A DNA stretch of 64,000 nt, from NCBI GenBank assembly GCA_036510575.1, contig DATCDR010000036.1, forward strand, positions 54,161 through 118,160, read 5' to 3'. The DNA comes from Acidimicrobiales bacterium. GTDB taxonomy: Bacteria > Actinomycetota > Acidimicrobiia > Acidimicrobiales > Bog-793. Below are positions 10,084 to 20,613 of the stretch, one piece after another. How positions within the stretch are numbered: position 1 is the stretch's first letter; each line of letters begins with the position of its first letter. The notes under the pieces are model-generated. The model worked only from the letters and a program-made list of their open reading frames with translations. It ran no database searches and was not told the DNA's origin. The translations under genes were made by a program, and so were the position numbers.

Positions 10084-10389
10084 GTGGGACCTGACGCTGT
10101 GGGCCGTCGCGAGGTCGGCGACCATGCACGGTATCTCGGCGCCACAGCCACAAACGCCCCGACGGCTTGGGAGTATCAGGGTTAGGCGACATCGTCGACA
10201 CCGATCATGGCCAGCCCAACGACCGCTCGGTACGAGCGCACACTTCGCGACATTGACGCAGATGGGTAGTGACCAGATCGAAGCACCAACATACCCATGC
10301 GGCATCCCACATGGCCATCTTGAGGGGTTCCGCGACTGCCACTTAGAAGCGGGCTCAGCTGGCCAACACTCGCGATCGGCGCGAGCGGC

Positions 10390-11904
10390 GTGCCGATAGT
10401 GCCATCTGGTGACGACGCGGACCACACGGACCAGATCCAAACCCCAGGCCAAGTCGACCCCGCGCAAACGGCACTGCGCGGCGGCGTGCTCAGAATCGGC
10501 GGTTACTTCATCGGGATCCTTGTCGCGACCTTCTCCTCGGCCCTCTTCTTTCGCCATCTGGGAGTACTAAAGACGGGCGAGTACGTAACCGCTCTCTCAC
10601 TCGTGGCAATCGTTGCGGGAGTCTCGGACCTCGGACTCACCGCTGTGGGAATTCGAGAGATCTCCACCCGACCCCCCTCGGAGCGTTGGAGTCTCGCAAG
10701 CGACCTGTTGGGATTGAAACTCACACTCACAGCGATCGGTGGCGTGATCGTGACGACGATCACCTGGTTCGCGTACTCGACGACGCTCGCGGCCGGCGTC
10801 GCGCTCGCGGTGGTGGGCCTCGGACTGAGCGCAACCCAAGACAACTTCGCGATAGCGCTCGTGGTCGACCTGCGACTTGGGTGGGTCGCCGCGCTCGACC
10901 TAATGCGGAACCTGCTCACCGCGGCGTGCACGATCGCACTCGTGCTACTCGATGCCGAGCTCGTCCCTTTCCTCGGGATCTCGATCCCGGTATGCGCCGC
11001 CACGACGTTCGCCACGATCATCCTTGTCCGCAACGGACGATCTCTGGCTCCGAGATTTAACCTGCGGCGATGGCGGCAATTTGCCGCGACGGTGCTGCCT
11101 TACTCCGCCGCAGTAGCGGCCTCGACGCTTTACTACCGAGTGTCGATCCTGCTCGTATCAGCGATTTCAAATGGCCACCAACTCGGCTACTTCAGCGTGT
11201 CCTACCGTGTAATCGAGGTACTCACGGTCGTTCCCACCCTGTTGGTCAGCTCCGCCTTTCCTATTCTCGCCCGCGCGGCGAGAAGCGACCACGCCCGCTT
11301 CACCTACGCCATTCGAAAAGTGTTCGAGCTCTCATTCATCGTGGGAGCCTTTATCGCGGTGTCGACAGCGGTAGCAGCCCCGATCGCAATCGACATCATC
11401 GGTGGACCGCAATTTCGCCCGGCTGGCGTGGTGCTTGCGTTCGGAGGGCTGGGTCTCGGCGCGATGTTCATCAACGCGGTGTGGAGCTACGGGCTTTTGA
11501 GCCTCGGAGAGTTCAAGGCCATTCTGCGTATCAATACCTCGGCACTCATCTTCAACGCCATCCTCGTCGCACCTTTGGTCGAAATCGCGGGTGCCCGCGG
11601 AGCTGCGATCGGAACCTCGATCACGGAGGTACTCGTCGCCGTGGTCCAAGGATGGGCCTTCACCCGCACCGGACACCCCGTGCGCACATCACTCGGCATC
11701 GTGCCACGTGTCCTGCTTGCCTCTGGAATGGCACTCGTTCCGCTTGCCCTTACCGCAATTCCCACACTCGGAAGACTCGTGATATCTGTCGCCGTATTCA
11801 CCGCGATCGTGGCGCTCACGCATGCCATTCCGCGCGAGGTCTACCAGTTCTTGCCACTTGACCGCTTTCGCCACCGAACGAGGCGAGCAGGCTCACCGAG
11901 CTGA
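10390..11904 (+). CDS. Wzx/MOP-family oligosaccharide flippase
   Basis: 504 aa with about 12-14 hydrophobic segments. The N-terminal LRGGVLRIGGYFIGILVATFSSALFFRHLG and overall architecture are typical of polysaccharide-biosynthesis (PST/MOP) flippases. GTG start. Confidence 0.75.
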   Translation: MPIVPSGDDADHTDQIQTPGQVDPAQTALRGGVLRIGGYFIGILVATFSSALFFRHLGVLKTGEYVTALSLVAIVAGVSDLGLTAVGIREISTRPPSERWSLASDLLGLKLTLTAIGGVIVTTITWFAYSTTLAAGVALAVVGLGLSATQDNFAIALVVDLRLGWVAALDLMRNLLTAACTIALVLLDAELVPFLGISIPVCAATTFATIILVRNGRSLAPRFNLRRWRQFAATVLPYSAAVAASTLYYRVSILLVSAISNGHQLGYFSVSYRVIEVLTVVPTLLVSSAFPILARAARSDHARFTYAIRKVFELSFIVGAFIAVSTAVAAPIAIDIIGGPQFRPAGVVLAFGGLGLGAMFINAVWSYGLLSLGEFKAILRINTSALIFNAILVAPLVEIAGARGAAIGTSITEVLVAVVQGWAFTRTGHPVRTSLGIVPRVLLASGMALVPLALTAIPTLGRLVISVAVFTAIVALTHAIPREVYQFLPLDRFRHRTRRAGSPS

Positions 11905-11912
11905 GCCAAGCC

Positions 11913-12998
11913 TCAACGCCTCGAACTCGGATCCCGGGTCATGAGGTCCTCGACCGAGGAGAGAACCAGATCCTCAAAGCGCTCACGCGAGTAGCTCTTG
12001 CTCGCCTCGACCGCCGATCTTGAGAGCTCAGCGCGACGAGCACCGTCGGTCATCAACATCACCGTCTCGCGAACTAGCTCCTCGACCGTCTGCCATCGCA
12101 CTCCGACGTCTGGAGTTACGATCTCATGCTGGCCGCCGTCGTCGTAGACAAGCGGCACAGCTCCCCAGCTCATGGCCTCAACCGTCGAGATACCAAAGTG
12201 CTCGGCGGCTTGTGGCTGCGTCGGCTTTCGGCCATAGCCTGCCGCGTGCCAATAGAGACTGGCCTCGCCCAAGAGATCCACGAGCTCCACTTGGGGAACG
12301 TTCAAGGCAAACTCGATCCGATGGCCTGCGGCCTGCTGGCGCAGTGTCGCAAGGTACTTATCCGTCTGATGATCAACAGGAGCAGCGCCTGCCAAAACCA
12401 GCCTCCAGCCGCTCCGCACGGATTCCGGCAACGAGACGAACGCATCAATGAGGACGTCTTGTCGTTTCCTGTTCCCTGACGTGTTGAATCGACCGATCGA
12501 GAGAATCGTTTGCCCCTTGGCTGCAGCATCGGGCAGGCCACGGTCGATGGTGGGCGAGATCACCCGGGCGTTGATATGCCATCGACGCGTTGCCCACTCT
12601 CGGACGAAGTCGGAGTACACGACCGCCTGATACCCCCGAAGTATTCGGGCTCGTTCGAGTGCTCGAATAGGCCGCCACGGTCTGAATCTGGCGAACGGAA
12701 ACTGAACGATCAGGAGTGAGGAGTGAGCACGGCTCCGCGGTGGAATGTCGATAGTGACAACGACGGCCAGGTCAAACGATGCACTCTGGCGTGTGAATTC
12801 TCGGTCAGACATTGCCGACATCACGAAGTCGTCGGGAAGTCCCCGAGCCGAGAGCGTTGACGGTAGTGGAACATCGCGGCCACCGACCACGACATCGAAC
12901 GATCCTCGAATCGTCTCGGCGACCGCGAACATGTACCGCTCGCCGCCACCGAGCGTCGCTAGATAGGGGTCGTAGACGAGAGCTCTCGCTCTAGCCAC
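11913..12998 (-). CDS. GT4-family glycosyltransferase
   Basis: 361 aa. C-terminal EHFGISTVEAMSWGAVPLVYDDGGQHEIV GT-B signature. Confidence 0.8.
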   Translation of the reverse strand: MARARALVYDPYLATLGGGERYMFAVAETIRGSFDVVVGGRDVPLPSTLSARGLPDDFVMSAMSDREFTRQSASFDLAVVVTIDIPPRSRAHSSLLIVQFPFARFRPWRPIRALERARILRGYQAVVYSDFVREWATRRWHINARVISPTIDRGLPDAAAKGQTILSIGRFNTSGNRKRQDVLIDAFVSLPESVRSGWRLVLAGAAPVDHQTDKYLATLRQQAAGHRIEFALNVPQVELVDLLGEASLYWHAAGYGRKPTQPQAAEHFGISTVEAMSWGAVPLVYDDGGQHEIVTPDVGVRWQTVEELVRETVMLMTDGARRAELSRSAVEASKSYSRERFEDLVLSSVEDLMTRDPSSRR

Positions 12999-13366
12999 GG
13001 TGGCCCAGCGCAGAGGGACCCTGGCGCTCCCGAGCTGGATCAGTAAACGTCATTCGAGCGACCAACTCCTTGCCGGACGCGCGCCGAAAAAAGGGAGGCC
13101 AAAGCTGGGTCGCTTCGTCGCGAACCACGACGACCACGCCGATTGTGGGCACTGTTGACTCTCCTCATGACTCCCCTGCGGCCATCCTGTCATGCGAGTC
13201 CAACGAGATGACGACGTCAATCCACGACACTTCGGCAAGGAGAGACGGGTCCGGCTGCGACATCCTCAGCCGAGGAATACCTAAGTATCGCGTCCGCACG
13301 AGCGGGAGTACCACCTCGACAGCCGAATCAAAATAGGCTGTAACGAACTTCTCTGAAGGACGTGGC

Positions 13367-14194
13367 ATGGGAATCGTTACGTTTGGGCTACCTATTGATC
13401 TCGCACGTGAGCTCGTGCGTGCGGGCGGGCTTAGCGCTGCCGTGGAAAGCGGAACCTACCTAGGAGATAGTGCTATAGCACTTCGCGAGTTAGTTCCAAC
13501 GGTCGTAAGCATCGAGCTCCTAGATGAGCTTTATGAAAGGGCGAAACGCAACGTTGGAAATAGGGAAGGAATCGAGCTCCTAAAAGGCTATTCACCACTC
13601 GTGCTTTCAGAGATCGTAGATCAGCTACCAGGACCGACATTATTTTGGCTGGATGCACATGGGGGAACAGAAGGTGTTCCAGATCTCGATGCAGAATTCA
13701 GCGAATGTCCGCTGATGGACGAGCTCGCAGCAATTGCCAAGTCTCCCTTCGCTAACAGAAGCTGCATCGTCATCGACGACGCCCGCGCTTTTTTTGGACC
13801 CATGCTGCAACACGACCCAAGTCAGTGGCCGACGTTTTCGGAAGTGAGTGACTACCTCCGCACGATGGGCGATCGGTACGTCACCGTTCTCGACGATGTG
13901 ATCATCGCCGTTCCTTCCGATCTGCAATCGACCGTGAACGCCTGGTGGCGAACCAAACTCAGCCAGCGTCACGGCTATGAGGCACTACAAGAAAGAGTGC
14001 AGCAGCTCTCAGATCCGTCCCCGCTCGAGGCGTCCGTGCGTCTCGCTCGAAGCCTCTTGCCAGGGCGACTCCGCAACAGCGTCTCGCTCTGGCTGACGAG
14101 TCACGGCGTCAAGGCTCCAGCGGCGCGGCAGAACTACCTTGGGTCTGACCAGATCATCGGAGACGAGCAGGCGAAAGCATCGCCGCGCGGATGA
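13367..14194 (+). CDS. Putative class I SAM-dependent methyltransferase-like protein
   Basis: 275 aa, ATG start. VESGTYLGDSAIALRELVPTVVSIE resembles motif I plus an acidic loop. LFWLDAHGG and IVIDDA motifs are also present. The 5' third is visibly AT-richer than its surroundings. Confidence 0.55.
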   Translation: MGIVTFGLPIDLARELVRAGGLSAAVESGTYLGDSAIALRELVPTVVSIELLDELYERAKRNVGNREGIELLKGYSPLVLSEIVDQLPGPTLFWLDAHGGTEGVPDLDAEFSECPLMDELAAIAKSPFANRSCIVIDDARAFFGPMLQHDPSQWPTFSEVSDYLRTMGDRYVTVLDDVIIAVPSDLQSTVNAWWRTKLSQRHGYEALQERVQQLSDPSPLEASVRLARSLLPGRLRNSVSLWLTSHGVKAPAARQNYLGSDQIIGDEQAKASPRG

Positions 14195-14269
14195 TCTACA
14201 ACATCGAGAGCCGCACGGGCCCCAGCTCCCAACAGAACGTGCCGCGCCTGGCCGAGAAGGGTCTCGTCG

Positions 14270-16153
14270 TTGCGCGCCACAATCCCTGACAGCACCACTC
14301 GGTCCGTCGCGGACGCGCCTTCAAGTAATGGAACCAGGGCCTGGATTTCAGTTGCCGTTGTCCTTGCGTACTGCATCGCCGCGCTAGCCGCGAATTGGCC
14401 TGCATGGCCTGGCGATCCGTCGCTAATACGTCAGGGTGACCCGTCGCTCGTGACTTGGTTCCTCGCGTGGTGGCCGCACGCGATCTTGCGGGGTCAGAAC
14501 CCTTTCTTTACGACCGCCATGAACTACCCGATTGGCATCAACATGGCCGACAACGTTGGGATGGCGCTGCTCTCGCTACTCACCGCGCCGCTGACTCTCA
14601 CCGCAGGACCGATTGCCAGCCTCAATCTTTTGGACTGGCTGGCCTTTCCAGCTTCTGCTGCTGCTATGTACTTTGTTCTGCGACGGTACATCCGATGGCC
14701 TCCGGCAGCCTTCCTCGGGGGCGCTCTCTACGGCTTCTCGCCATACGTCGTCGGTCAGGCAAATCAGCACCTCTTTATCGCGATCATTCCGTTGCCACCG
14801 CTCATTTTCATGTGTGTGTTCGAACTCTTGGTACTCCGCTCGCCGAACCAGCGACGATGGGGCGTTGCGCTCGGGCTTTTGGTGGTGGCGCAGTTCTTCA
14901 TCGCGCAAGAGATCGCGGTTACGACCGTCGGGATGGGCGCGATCGGATTGGGGTTACTCGCCATCGTCAGGCCTCGGTCGGCTCTCCCGGCTCTTCGTCA
15001 CGCAATGGAAGGGCTAGTTCGAGCGGTCGTGATCGTCGTCGCGTGCCTCGCGTATCCGTTCTGGGCTGACGTCGCGGGTCCTGAGCATTACACCGGGGCT
15101 GCCCATGTCGGGGGTCTCAGTGCGGACCTCCTCGGAAGTGTTCTACCCACGTCGGAGCAACTCTTCGCGCCTGCGAGCTGGCTCGCCATCGGTAACAAGC
15201 TCGTTGCGGGCAATGTCGCGGAAAATGGGAGCTACCTGAGTATTCCGATCCTCGCTCTGGCGGCCTTCTTCGTTATTCGCTACCGACGTGACCGCTGGAT
15301 CCGATACGTAGCCGCCCTAATGGTGGTGGCATGGGTACTAACGCTCGGGTGGCGCCTAGTCATCGACGGAACACAGACGAGCGTTCCCCTGCCGTGGAGT
15401 CTCTTTCAGAACGCGCCGATACTCCAGAATCTGCTCGCTGTTCGCATCACGCTGTTTGTCTGGCTCTTCGCAGCACTTCTGATCGCCCTGGGCCTCGATC
15501 GCGCGTATGACGAGTTCAAGCTAGGTCGACGCAATTCGTTACCTGCATCGCACGGACCTTCCCAACGTACGCGGAGCGCTCTCCTGGCTTCGACCGTTGC
15601 GTTGCTGACGTGCGCGTCGCTTGTGGCACTCATCCCGAAGTGGCCCTACTCCGGCACCGCACCCGCCGGCGTACCCTCATATTTCACCTCTGGCGCCGCC
15701 AAGCAGATTCCCGTCGACAGCGTGGTTCTGATCTCTCCGTATCCGGTGCAAGGGACTCAGAGCTCAGAGCCTCTGCTCTGGCAAGCGGTGGCCGGCTTAC
15801 GCTTCAAGATCATCGGGGGTTATGGCGAGTTCGCGCTGCCAAACGGTGGTGCCACCGGCTACCCGGCCGCCCTGTCGCCTATCGCGATCGAGGACTTTCT
15901 CGGGAACGAAATGACCGGAGAACCAGGCTTTTTCGGATACGGCATGCCGCAACTGACCCCGAAGTCAGTCTCGCAATTCCGAACATTCCTGCGGCGGTAT
16001 CGGGTGGGAACCGTCTTGGACTCCAAACTCGGCTTGTACCCGGCGCCCGTTTATCAGCTTTTCTCGATGACGCTCGGCCCGCCGTCAGCCTCAGAGGGCT
16101 CGATCATGGCGTGGTACGGCGTCCAGAATCGTTTGCGCTCGAATCCCAAATGA
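14270..16153 (+). CDS. Large polytopic membrane protein with C-terminal soluble domain (GT-C-like candidate)
   Basis: 627 aa with at least 10 hydrophobic segments in the first ~430 aa, then a ~190-aa non-hydrophobic C-terminal domain. The first loop carries Asp-containing repeats (WPGDPSLIRQGDPSLVTWFLAWWPH). No named family assigned by eye. Confidence 0.6.
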   Translation: MRATIPDSTTRSVADAPSSNGTRAWISVAVVLAYCIAALAANWPAWPGDPSLIRQGDPSLVTWFLAWWPHAILRGQNPFFTTAMNYPIGINMADNVGMALLSLLTAPLTLTAGPIASLNLLDWLAFPASAAAMYFVLRRYIRWPPAAFLGGALYGFSPYVVGQANQHLFIAIIPLPPLIFMCVFELLVLRSPNQRRWGVALGLLVVAQFFIAQEIAVTTVGMGAIGLGLLAIVRPRSALPALRHAMEGLVRAVVIVVACLAYPFWADVAGPEHYTGAAHVGGLSADLLGSVLPTSEQLFAPASWLAIGNKLVAGNVAENGSYLSIPILALAAFFVIRYRRDRWIRYVAALMVVAWVLTLGWRLVIDGTQTSVPLPWSLFQNAPILQNLLAVRITLFVWLFAALLIALGLDRAYDEFKLGRRNSLPASHGPSQRTRSALLASTVALLTCASLVALIPKWPYSGTAPAGVPSYFTSGAAKQIPVDSVVLISPYPVQGTQSSEPLLWQAVAGLRFKIIGGYGEFALPNGGATGYPAALSPIAIEDFLGNEMTGEPGFFGYGMPQLTPKSVSQFRTFLRRYRVGTVLDSKLGLYPAPVYQLFSMTLGPPSASEGSIMAWYGVQNRLRSNPK

Positions 16154-16473
16154 GGCGGTCAGTTCGCTAGGGACATCGGTGGATAGATGCTGGTCGCTTC
16201 AAGGCTCAGCCGCGCACCACGACCGCTATCAGAGCTCGACTCGTTAGCAATCAGCGGATTCACGAGATCAAGTAGGGGTACTCCTCAGCTGCTTGGCCGA
16301 GCTTGCGAACAAGTGGCTGAAACAACGCATCGACCAACGAAGAGATCCAAGTCGGCGAGCGCAACTCGGATCGAACACGGACCGAATGGTGTCGCCCGAG
16401 GCGAGGCTGTCGCGCAGGCAAGATGGCGCCGCTTGCCGTAGGCGGGCTGGACCCGCGCAGTACGCTCGTCGCT

Positions 16474-17274
16474 ATGCCAACAGCCAAAGAAGATCTCCGG
16501 CGGCGGGTAGATGAACTTACCTGGTTTCATCAAATCGACCTTGGAGGCGGAATTGTTACGCCAGGCAGAGACAAGACCGCCCGCAAGCTAAAGGCGTTGC
16601 AATTGCCGTCACTTGCCGGCAAGACCGTCCTCGACATCGGCGCAAACGACGGCTTCTTCTCCTTTGCGGCCGAGCGTGCCGGGGCATCCCGGGTCGTCGC
16701 CGTTGATTCATATGCCTGGAGTAGCTCGTCCACGCCCGATGCGCCACTAGCGCAGACGAAGGCCGCCTTTGACCTCGCGCACGACGTGCTCGGGTCCCGA
16801 GTCGAGACGCTCGAAGCCGACCTGTACGACCTGACGGTGGAGGAAGTCGGAAGCTTCGACGTGGTGCTGATGCTTGGAGTGTTGTATCACCTGCGCAACC
16901 CGATGCTTGGGCTAGACCGCCTCGCCAGCCTCACCAAAGAGCTGATGGTGGTTGAGTCGTTGGTAGATCTGGTTTGGAGTCGTCGTCGAGTTGTCGGCTT
17001 CTATCCAACGGACGCGATCCCAGAGGGTGAGCCGAACTGGTGGGCTCCAAATCCGCTCGCGATGCGCGCCATGCTCCTTACCTCTGGCTTTCGCGAAGTT
17101 GAGGTCATCGGAGAACGCGGCGTCATCAGCAAGATTGGCCATACGGCCTACAACGCCGGCAACATCGTCCACAGCCGGATAATTGATGCCCGGAGCCGGA
17201 TAACCGATGGCCGCCTACCCCTCGATTGGACCTGGCTGAGTACGGACCGAGCCATCATGCACGCCCGTCGGTAG
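16474..17274 (+). CDS. Class I SAM-dependent methyltransferase (DUF1698/CmoB-like fold)
   Basis: From ATG at 16474 (MPTAKEDLRRRVDELTWFHQIDLGGGIVTPG...GKTVLDIGANDGFFSFAAERAGASRVVAVD...VLMLGVLYHLRNP). Confidence 0.8.
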   Translation: MPTAKEDLRRRVDELTWFHQIDLGGGIVTPGRDKTARKLKALQLPSLAGKTVLDIGANDGFFSFAAERAGASRVVAVDSYAWSSSSTPDAPLAQTKAAFDLAHDVLGSRVETLEADLYDLTVEEVGSFDVVLMLGVLYHLRNPMLGLDRLASLTKELMVVESLVDLVWSRRRVVGFYPTDAIPEGEPNWWAPNPLAMRAMLLTSGFREVEVIGERGVISKIGHTAYNAGNIVHSRIIDARSRITDGRLPLDWTWLSTDRAIMHARR

Positions 17275-17442
17275 GTGTGGTCTGTGCACCGACCACCGAT
17301 GGCTTCGCGGATCGTTGCTGGCGGCGGGAACCTGGTTGGCAGCGCCCACCAACAAGCAGCGCCGAGCAACACACCACGACGGACCTGACTCAGAGCTCTA
17401 GCGTCTCGTCCAACCCGAGGACCTCGGGACGCTTACCTCCGG

Positions 17443-18303
17443 CTACGGCTCGTTTTTTCTCGACAGGACAAAGACCTCACAGAGGTCCGGGCACCCGAGT
17501 CCCTTGGCGTCCATAACCTCACCGCCGAATTCAACGATCTCGATCCCCAGGTTCCCCTGCTGGAGAGAGTCGTACTTCGTCAGTTTTATTTCGCGCGAGG
17601 TTATTTCGAACTCGCGCAAACCGAGATAGAGAGCAATAGAGGGGAACAACGGCAGGAATTTCTCGGCAAGATCAAACCCAAAGCGGTGGTAGGCACGAGT
17701 ATGATCACCGTGGAATTCATCCCACGTAATAGGCGTGTAGTGGCCTTCAAGGATGGGAACCTGAAAAAAGAGCTTTCCGGTGGGTGATAGAAGACTGGAT
17801 AGACCACCAATAGCGTGGTGATAGTCAGGTATATGCTCAAGAACATGTGAGCAAATAATGATATCGAACTTTCCGAGAAGACCCGCATAAGTCTCCGGAT
17901 CTAGAAGGTCTATCTTCACGTCAGTTCGGTGCGCCGATTCGTCGAAGTCCGAAGCGACGTATTCTTTGAAGGCGCTACTGTATAGCGGTAGTCGGGTCGT
18001 GTAGCTTCTCGGCGAGAACTCGAGGACCGTGTAAGCCTTAAGATTCGAGTTCCTAACAATCGGCGCCGCTGATACCGAGCCGTCGAACTGCCGGAGTATG
18101 GCCTCGTACACGACCCGCTCCCGCGCAATGCTCCCGCAGGAAGGACACTCCAGACCCTCCGAATGTTCGGGTCCGAGATGCGGAAACATCTGGCCACAGA
18201 AGTTGCACGTAATTCTACGAATTGGTAGATGTCCAAGTGCACGAGTCGCTGATCTTCGACCCTTCGCGGCTAGGGCCTTTACCGCCGATGAGGTTGAAGT
18301 CAT
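17443..18303 (-). CDS. Zinc-ribbon + SAM-dependent methyltransferase
   Basis: 286 aa. N-terminal CNFCG...CPSCG Cys4 ribbon, then an FDIIICSHVLEHIPD...LSPTGKLFFQVP methyltransferase core. Low GC: about 45% in the 60 nt I counted at 17581-17640. Confidence 0.75.
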   Translation of the reverse strand: MTSTSSAVKALAAKGRRSATRALGHLPIRRITCNFCGQMFPHLGPEHSEGLECPSCGSIARERVVYEAILRQFDGSVSAAPIVRNSNLKAYTVLEFSPRSYTTRLPLYSSAFKEYVASDFDESAHRTDVKIDLLDPETYAGLLGKFDIIICSHVLEHIPDYHHAIGGLSSLLSPTGKLFFQVPILEGHYTPITWDEFHGDHTRAYHRFGFDLAEKFLPLFPSIALYLGLREFEITSREIKLTKYDSLQQGNLGIEIVEFGGEVMDAKGLGCPDLCEVFVLSRKNEP

Positions 18304-18471
18304 GGTCTCGCAAGGTTAATCGACCGATCCCGGCCGACCGGTGCCAAGACCCCGTCTCGTGATCTCTAAAGACATCTCCGGCCCGCCGACCTGGTCGCTC
18401 CCGAGACTCGAATTACCGATCGTTTCTGTGACGGTTGCCGCTCCCGGTGACGATTGACGGAGAAGATCGCG

Positions 18472-20346
18472 TCAATCAGTCCGAAACTTCCACAGCACGA
18501 TCGCTTCTTGGGGGGTGTCGTCGTATTGCGCCGATGCGGTTCGGATGAAGTACTTGCCGTACGTCTTCGACCAATCTTCGGTGCAAACCGAGTCGGTGAC
18601 CATCCAGCCGATCCCCGCTGCTGCGAGCTGCGATGCCTTAAGATCCCCTTTAATTGCTGAGACCCACACTGCGTTGATCTGGTTGTGTCGATTGGGCCAG
18701 GCGAGTCCGTCACCAAAGAACGCGACTCTTGCTCCCGTCGTGGCTTTGAATGTGGTCGGTCCCACACAGAGGTCGGTAAATATCAATTGATTGTTCGTCA
18801 CCTGGTGGGCGACCGTCTTCATAGCGTCGTAGACCGGGCCGGTGTACGTGAAAGTCTGACCTTCTAGCGACCGGTAGAAGCGGAACCAGTCGATCGATGA
18901 GGCACCCATTAAGCCCACGGTGATAACTGCGAGTGAAGCAACGAGGACCCGCCACCGTGGCGGCACTCTGTTTTGTCGAGCGAGCCGAGGGGAAAGATGG
19001 AGGGAGCACACCTCCAACGCCACTGGGATAATCGTGAATGCGATCAGCGCGTAACTGTCGATCCAAAACTGATAGGGCTCCTGGTTCGTGCCCCAAGCGT
19101 CATTCGTTGTCAGAAAGAACCAGGCTGCGATCGAACCTCCTGCATAGGCCACCCAGAAAGCCCGCCGACGTACAACTCCCGCGATCAGGATCATTACAAG
19201 CGGGACGAGCAGGGGGAGCGCGCACGCGAGCCCATGCTTCCAATCAACGCCGAGTCGAGCGGTGACCGTCTGACGGAAGTTGAGAAATGGGTCTCCGGCA
19301 TGAAGGGCTTCCGACACGCTGATCAGCTGCGGCGCTGCCGCGGCAGCGAGCGCTAAGAAGGGGGCGACTATTCGCCAACGCCACTTTGCAAGGGCCATGC
19401 AGAAGCCTGGAAGTGCTGGCAGTAGGCCGATCGGGAGGGTGTTCAGCCTTCCAATGGAGTTCGCGAATGACGGTCCAACTAGGAAGACGACCGGAAAGAG
19501 GGTCGCACTCAGCGCAATGGGCCACAGGCGACGATCGACCGCGAGGTGGTAGGCCGACAGTCCGTAGATCGCGAAGAAGAGGGCGGTGAAGAAACTGTAG
19601 GTGTCGACATTTGCGAGAAGTCCGACCCCAGCACCCACGAGTACGCCAGTGGCACCGAGCCGCCGGTCGCCGTGACGGACTGCTGCGAAGAGCATTAAGA
19701 AGAGCAGGCTGATGAGCACGAGCGCTGCTGCCGTGCTGTTGAGAGGGAACATCGTGGCGAACGGGGACCACAGCAGCCCGTGCGATTTAAGAGGTTGGTA
19801 CCAGACGATGCCGTGGAAGGAGAGCGTGCCAACGAGAAATGGGAGCGCTCCGAGGCAGGCCGCCCACCATCTGCGAGATACCAGGACTGCGCCCAAGCCG
19901 ACGCCGACGACGAGGATCACCTGGAGAGACACCCCGACGAAGTTCCACACCGCCGCTGGTGGCGCGTGGGTGATATATGAGATGAAGCCCAGCGCTGTCA
20001 GGTAGAGATGCGGATCGCTGAAATGTCCGGTCTCCGTAAACGGTTCGACGGAAGCGAACCGCCCCTGTGACCCATTCACTACAGCTGCAAACAAAGTGAG
20101 TTGATCGCCTTGGAAGAATGCTCGAAAGGAACTCCAGCCCCAACCAGGTCTAATTAACATCGACAGCTGGGTCATCAGGTAAATGAACACTGAGAAACCA
20201 CAGCCGGCAATGACGCCGATTGCCCTCGCACATCGGCTGCGATGCGCACTGTCGTGCGCTGACATATGCACCTCATCGGAGACGGGGACGTGTTCGCCGC
20301 TCAAGTCCCGGCCAGTCAGGGCGTCACCAGGAGAGGTCGGCAGCAC
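18472..20346 (-). CDS. Large polytopic membrane protein with C-terminal soluble domain (GT-C-like candidate)
   Basis: 624 aa with many hydrophobic segments through about aa 470, then a soluble C-terminal domain. Early loop motif FFQGDQL. ATG at 20265 is an alternative start. Confidence 0.6.
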   Translation of the reverse strand: MLPTSPGDALTGRDLSGEHVPVSDEVHMSAHDSAHRSRCARAIGVIAGCGFSVFIYLMTQLSMLIRPGWGWSSFRAFFQGDQLTLFAAVVNGSQGRFASVEPFTETGHFSDPHLYLTALGFISYITHAPPAAVWNFVGVSLQVILVVGVGLGAVLVSRRWWAACLGALPFLVGTLSFHGIVWYQPLKSHGLLWSPFATMFPLNSTAAALVLISLLFLMLFAAVRHGDRRLGATGVLVGAGVGLLANVDTYSFFTALFFAIYGLSAYHLAVDRRLWPIALSATLFPVVFLVGPSFANSIGRLNTLPIGLLPALPGFCMALAKWRWRIVAPFLALAAAAAPQLISVSEALHAGDPFLNFRQTVTARLGVDWKHGLACALPLLVPLVMILIAGVVRRRAFWVAYAGGSIAAWFFLTTNDAWGTNQEPYQFWIDSYALIAFTIIPVALEVCSLHLSPRLARQNRVPPRWRVLVASLAVITVGLMGASSIDWFRFYRSLEGQTFTYTGPVYDAMKTVAHQVTNNQLIFTDLCVGPTTFKATTGARVAFFGDGLAWPNRHNQINAVWVSAIKGDLKASQLAAAGIGWMVTDSVCTEDWSKTYGKYFIRTASAQYDDTPQEAIVLWKFRTD

Positions 20347-20613
20347 GAGGCTCAGGTTACGCGGCAGCCTCGGATTCGATATGGCATAGCGTAAACTGGC
20401 GTGGCGACACTCACCGACAGGCCCGGCAAGAGGGCTCTAGCGGAAGGGATCTGACTATCGGCGAGTTGCGTTTGTTGAGGCGCAATCGAGAACGTCGCGC
20501 CATGGCCGAGAGGATGAGTCGTCGTCCACTGGGCGTGCTCGGGACTGCTATTGCCACATGCACTGACCTTCTGCAGTGGTGCAGTGCAAAGCTCAGGCTC
20601 CAGCTCAGAGGGA

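Noticed and set aside
10084-10389. 306-bp gap before the flippase gene, with ORF 10070-10399
   Set aside because: The translation has no coding-like features (His/Arg/Pro-rich) and I recognised no relic homology.
17414-17428. Palindrome CCCGAGG-A-CCTCGGG between the convergent genes ending at 17274 and 17443
   Set aside because: The usable stem is only about 5-6 bp once a viable loop is allowed, and there is no T/U tract on either strand. It is too weak to annotate as a bidirectional terminator.
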